IMG/VR virus record: IMGVR_UViG_3300014205_000170
Span: 192,001-256,000 of that record
Strand: one strand, 5' to 3'
DNA: 64,000 bases
DNA from: a virus
Lineage: Duplodnaviria; Caudoviricetes
Position 1 is the first letter of the stretch; each line of letters starts with the position of its first letter. The position numbers and the translations under genes are program-made. The notes under the pieces were generated by a model, which saw only the letters and a list, made by a program, of their open reading frames with translations, was not told the origin of the DNA and searched no databases. Shown one piece after another: positions 60,183 through 64,000 of this stretch.

Positions 60183-63107
60183 TTATAATTGTTTAAAAGG
60201 TATCCTCACTGAATTACTATTTGTACATGTATATATTATATCTCCAGATAATGGAGTAAAATATCCGCGTCTAAATGAGCTTTTAGAATTAGGAAGCAAA
60301 ATACCTTTTATGGACACATCTGTCAATTGAATGTGACCATTATATGAAAAATCCACTGAAGAACAATCAACAGTAGCACCGGTAGAAGCAACGTTGCTTA
60401 ACACTCTTGGTACATACATCTGGTTATATTCAGTGACTGCATAATATTCTGGTATTCCACTTAATGCTCCTGAACCTAAGTTATTTGTTGCTTCGAATGT
60501 CATTGTCATTGGTGCTCCTGACAACATACCGTTTGGAGAAAAATAAGAGATATTTTCAAGAGATAAAATGTAATTAGAAATAGTAAAAGAAGAATTTGAT
60601 TTTTTATAAGATTCATTTGTTGGTAAAACAATGGAAGATTTATTTAAATCTTGATTAAGTCCTCTAATAAAATATTTTTCTCCTGGATTTACAGTAGTAC
60701 CAGAAATTGTAACCGGTATTTCTCCATTATTCAAAACAGACAACATCATAGTTTGTCTTGTGTTTTGAGATGTTTGATTCCATTTAAAAAATCCAATATT
60801 AGATTTGTTATTTGTACTATCTAATTTGAAATTGTTATATGAATTCGATAACTTAACATTGGATTGTGGATATATATCTCTTAAATTAACTTTAATATAG
60901 TTGAATTTATATGGTGGTCCTGGCAATCTACCAAATCCAAATGATAAAAATTGCGAACATGCTACAGATACTATACTATCTTCAAAAGTGGTTTCTATAA
61001 GACTGTCTTTAGTATTTGGAGCCGGTATGACATTACTACTAAGTGAATTATTAAATGGGTTATACCCCATAAAAATTAAATTATTAGTAAAAGCTTCTGT
61101 AACTTTGTCAAAAAATGCATTGTTTTGTCCTAAAGTATTTAATGTACAGGCACTATTAAATTTATCATAGTTTAAATAAAAATTCTTTAATTTAGTAGTT
61201 AAATAATATTTTTTACTTCCAGAAGGTCCAGAGTCTTTTTCTGATTCAAAAATTACATTAGAATAAGTGTATTGAGTGCTTACGCTAAATCCAACAGTCT
61301 GAGCCGGTTGTAAAGAAAAAGTTTCCTTTGTAGAAAAGAAAAATGAGTATCTTGCCTTTGAATAACTTTTGTTTGGTTTACTAAAGTTTTTGTTTGATGG
61401 TAATTCAATTACAATATCAGATAAAGGTTGAGCTGAAATAGTTATAGCAGTTAAAGGATTATTTTTTAAAATTAACTTATTATTATAAACGACAGTATCT
61501 CCTTTGTTGACAATAGTAAGGTGATACATTCCCACATTTGGAGAAAATCCTTCTGTAGCATCTAAATTCCATTTATATACATTTCCATATCCTTGGGTAG
61601 TTTGAACTGATTTTGGTGATTTGTTTGCCTTAACAGCTCCAATTTTTTTATTTTGATTATTCATCAAAATAAAAGAACTAAATTTAGTAATTAAACTATC
61701 TTGAATATTTATTCTTGAAACTGGACCTAAATTTGGTACTGCTCCGACATTGCTTAAAGCAATATTTTGTGTAGGAGATTTAAAAGCCAATTCAACTACT
61801 TTCTCTAAATCATAAACATCATTATCTAAAATAGTTACAAATGTAGAGCCTGAAATATCTCCCTCTTTAAATGTTAATGTTATTTCAGAAGATGTTGTTG
61901 TTGTTTTATTTAAAATATAATCTGTTCCTACTACCGCTGTACTATTAGATGTTGCATATAAAACAATAGATTGTCCTGGAACTTCTATTGCTTTATCAAA
62001 GAAATAAGAAATAAGAACTCCAGACTGATTGCTTTTTAAAATAACCGCATCAGAAGTAAATTGTATTTTAGAAGGCACATCGTTATCAAAAATATTAACT
62101 GTCAATTTTGAATCTGAATCACTTTTTGGTGCACAAAATTTTAAGTCAGTTAATTTAAAAGAAAGAGTTTCCGCACTTTCTACAAATTTATCATCAAAAA
62201 TATTTAAATTAACAGTTTTAACCTGCTCTCCAATATTCCATTTGATATTTTGAGCAGCATAACTAAAATCTGAATTTGGATTACGAATAGTATTATCTAC
62301 ATCTAATACAACAGAAACTTCTTCAAGTCCATATGCACTAGGTTCATCTAACGTTACATCTATTTTAACATTCCCGTCTGTTTCTTGGAGATTTAAAGTA
62401 GTTTGAGGAAAAGATACTGATAAAGGCGCTTTTAAATCAAAATATTTTTTTATCCAATGTCTATCGTATAAAAACGGAAAATCATTATCAATTTCTATAA
62501 CATTTCCATCATCATCAACATCTGCTGTTTGAGAACCAAATTTAACAATATTTCCATCTAAATCATAAAATAAATAAGGAACTCTTTGAACAAATAAAAT
62601 ATTACGTTCAGTATCTATTGTACTAAAATCAATATATCTAGTTTTTGGTACTCCATTATTTTGTCTAATTAAACTATCTGATTGTTCTAATTCAGATTTA
62701 TTAACTTCAAACATAAAAGAATAAGCAGATTTATTTTTACCATATAAATTTCTAGACATTCCATTTGATTTTTGTGTCATTTCAAATGTTTTAACAGCAA
62801 ATGTTTTTCCAGTTACATTATCATGTGATATTTTTGGTAAGTTTAATGTCAATCCTTCTGACTCTTTAATATCAAAAATAACATTTTCTGTATTGACAAA
62901 TTTAGATTCAACTAATCCAAAAATACAAAACTTTAAAGAGTCTTGACGCTCTTTATTATATTGTTCTGTAATATTGAATATATTATTAATTCGCTCATTT
63001 TTTATATCCTTTGAAGTTCTACTTAACTCAATAGATATAAATACATCTTCATCATTTGCTAGTGCAAATGAACTTTTAGGTAATAATATTTTTCTATTGT
63101 TATACAT
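60183..63107 (-). CDS. structural protein with Calx-beta domains
   Basis: VSF.....QE.DG, W..GEQ.KTV...I.DD..VE..ETL, TV.I.DND; second copy GTDY...TF.EG. Confidence 0.7.
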   Translation of the reverse strand: MYNNRKILLPKSSFALANDEDVFISIELSRTSKDIKNERINNIFNITEQYNKERQDSLKFCIFGLVESKFVNTENVIFDIKESEGLTLNLPKISHDNVTGKTFAVKTFEMTQKSNGMSRNLYGKNKSAYSFMFEVNKSELEQSDSLIRQNNGVPKTRYIDFSTIDTERNILFVQRVPYLFYDLDGNIVKFGSQTADVDDDGNVIEIDNDFPFLYDRHWIKKYFDLKAPLSVSFPQTTLNLQETDGNVKIDVTLDEPSAYGLEEVSVVLDVDNTIRNPNSDFSYAAQNIKWNIGEQVKTVNLNIFDDKFVESAETLSFKLTDLKFCAPKSDSDSKLTVNIFDNDVPSKIQFTSDAVILKSNQSGVLISYFFDKAIEVPGQSIVLYATSNSTAVVGTDYILNKTTTTSSEITLTFKEGDISGSTFVTILDNDVYDLEKVVELAFKSPTQNIALSNVGAVPNLGPVSRINIQDSLITKFSSFILMNNQNKKIGAVKANKSPKSVQTTQGYGNVYKWNLDATEGFSPNVGMYHLTIVNKGDTVVYNNKLILKNNPLTAITISAQPLSDIVIELPSNKNFSKPNKSYSKARYSFFFSTKETFSLQPAQTVGFSVSTQYTYSNVIFESEKDSGPSGSKKYYLTTKLKNFYLNYDKFNSACTLNTLGQNNAFFDKVTEAFTNNLIFMGYNPFNNSLSSNVIPAPNTKDSLIETTFEDSIVSVACSQFLSFGFGRLPGPPYKFNYIKVNLRDIYPQSNVKLSNSYNNFKLDSTNNKSNIGFFKWNQTSQNTRQTMMLSVLNNGEIPVTISGTTVNPGEKYFIRGLNQDLNKSSIVLPTNESYKKSNSSFTISNYILSLENISYFSPNGMLSGAPMTMTFEATNNLGSGALSGIPEYYAVTEYNQMYVPRVLSNVASTGATVDCSSVDFSYNGHIQLTDVSIKGILLPNSKSSFRRGYFTPLSGDIIYTCTNSNSVRIPFKQL

Positions 63108-63109
63108 TG

Positions 63110-63988
63110 TTATTTATAATATCCATGATACTCTGATAAGTCATCACCATATTGTTCAAAGAACATATTGGTTACTTTATTATCTTTATCTCTATATGTT
63201 GTTCCGTTATAATCAAAATCTCTACTAATACCATCATGCACAACACCTTTGTCGCCGCCTTCGCCTTCTGTTCTTACCCAATATGTAGGAATGCCTGTAT
63301 CTGCTCCAACAGAAAAATAAAATTCATAATTACCACTTCCGTTATTAACCGGTGCATCTTTATAAGATACATTAAAAGTATAATTAGCAACTGTGTATCT
63401 ATTCAAGTCGGTATTGAATGCAGCATTACCTGGTAAAGTTAAAGCTACTCCCCACAACATTCCAGCGACATTACTACTAGAATGTTCTCCATCTCCATTT
63501 AAAAATATAAGTTTTCCAGGATGTAGTTCTATAATTTCATTTCTCTCTGCATATTTTACATTACTATCTTTATCATAATAATACATACCAGCTCCAAATC
63601 TATTTTTTAATTTTACGGGTATTTCACCATCATTTCTCAAACGAACACCATAAGCCAAAGGTGCTCTGTTGATTTTCAAACGTGCATATGTTGGAATAAC
63701 AAAATTATAAGGTTTAACGATATTTTCATTACCCGATTTCATAATTCTGTATATATCAAGTCCACCTCTTTTGATGAAATTTTGTGTACCTAATGCTAAA
63801 GATAAATTTTGATTATCAATATTATATATATCATTAAACCAATCTTTTGGTGTATACATATCTCCTACCATTCCTTTAGGAGTAATTCTAGGACTAGACA
63901 CAGAATTTTGCCCATTTTGAATATCTTGTGTAGGAATATCTGCACCCCAAGGAGCACGAACATATCTTGGCCATCCTTGTGGTTTCAT
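63110..63988 (-). CDS. C-terminal part of a probable structural protein (may extend beyond the window)
   Basis: Shares a LP.N..FN......V.NY pattern with the C-terminal region of 60183..63107. Confidence 0.5.
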   Translation of the reverse strand: MKPQGWPRYVRAPWGADIPTQDIQNGQNSVSSPRITPKGMVGDMYTPKDWFNDIYNIDNQNLSLALGTQNFIKRGGLDIYRIMKSGNENIVKPYNFVIPTYARLKINRAPLAYGVRLRNDGEIPVKLKNRFGAGMYYYDKDSNVKYAERNEIIELHPGKLIFLNGDGEHSSSNVAGMLWGVALTLPGNAAFNTDLNRYTVANYTFNVSYKDAPVNNGSGNYEFYFSVGADTGIPTYWVRTEGEGGDKGVVHDGISRDFDYNGTTYRDKDNKVTNMFFEQYGDDLSEYHGYYK

Positions 63989-64000
63989 AAAATAACCATA

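Overview
AT-rich, gene-dense segment of a very large (jumbo/huge) tailed-phage genome. The host is most likely in Bacteroidota, judged from a T9SS C-terminal-domain protein, TAnnTTTG promoters and a Bacteroidota-like GluRS. 1-35 kb (almost all minus strand) holds translation, NAD and replication genes: four aminoacyl-tRNA synthetases (ProRS, IleRS and TrpRS strongly miniaturised; GluRS full length), RtcB, an atypical tRNA, PncB, NadR-like kinase, MazG-like, UvrD-like helicase, Nif3, an SbcD-SbcC fusion fractured by a Vsr-like homing endonuclease, primase and a RuvC-like resolvase. 37.6-64 kb is mostly baseplate/tail/fibre genes. The most striking unexplained signal is a shared peptide tag, roughly [RK]-x-[VI]-[LF]-[LIFT]-E-K, in about 35 small, otherwise diverse proteins from several expanded families, including two tandem arrays of GDT..KG (SH3/KOW-like) paralogs. 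Other unexplained structure: seven exactly spaced ECF-type promoter motifs (AAC-N16-CGTT), a ~75-bp structured inverted repeat pair beside the primase, and a pervasive [ST]-[GA]-x-T tetrapeptide in the virion proteins. All family assignments are by eye from motifs; no database searches were run.
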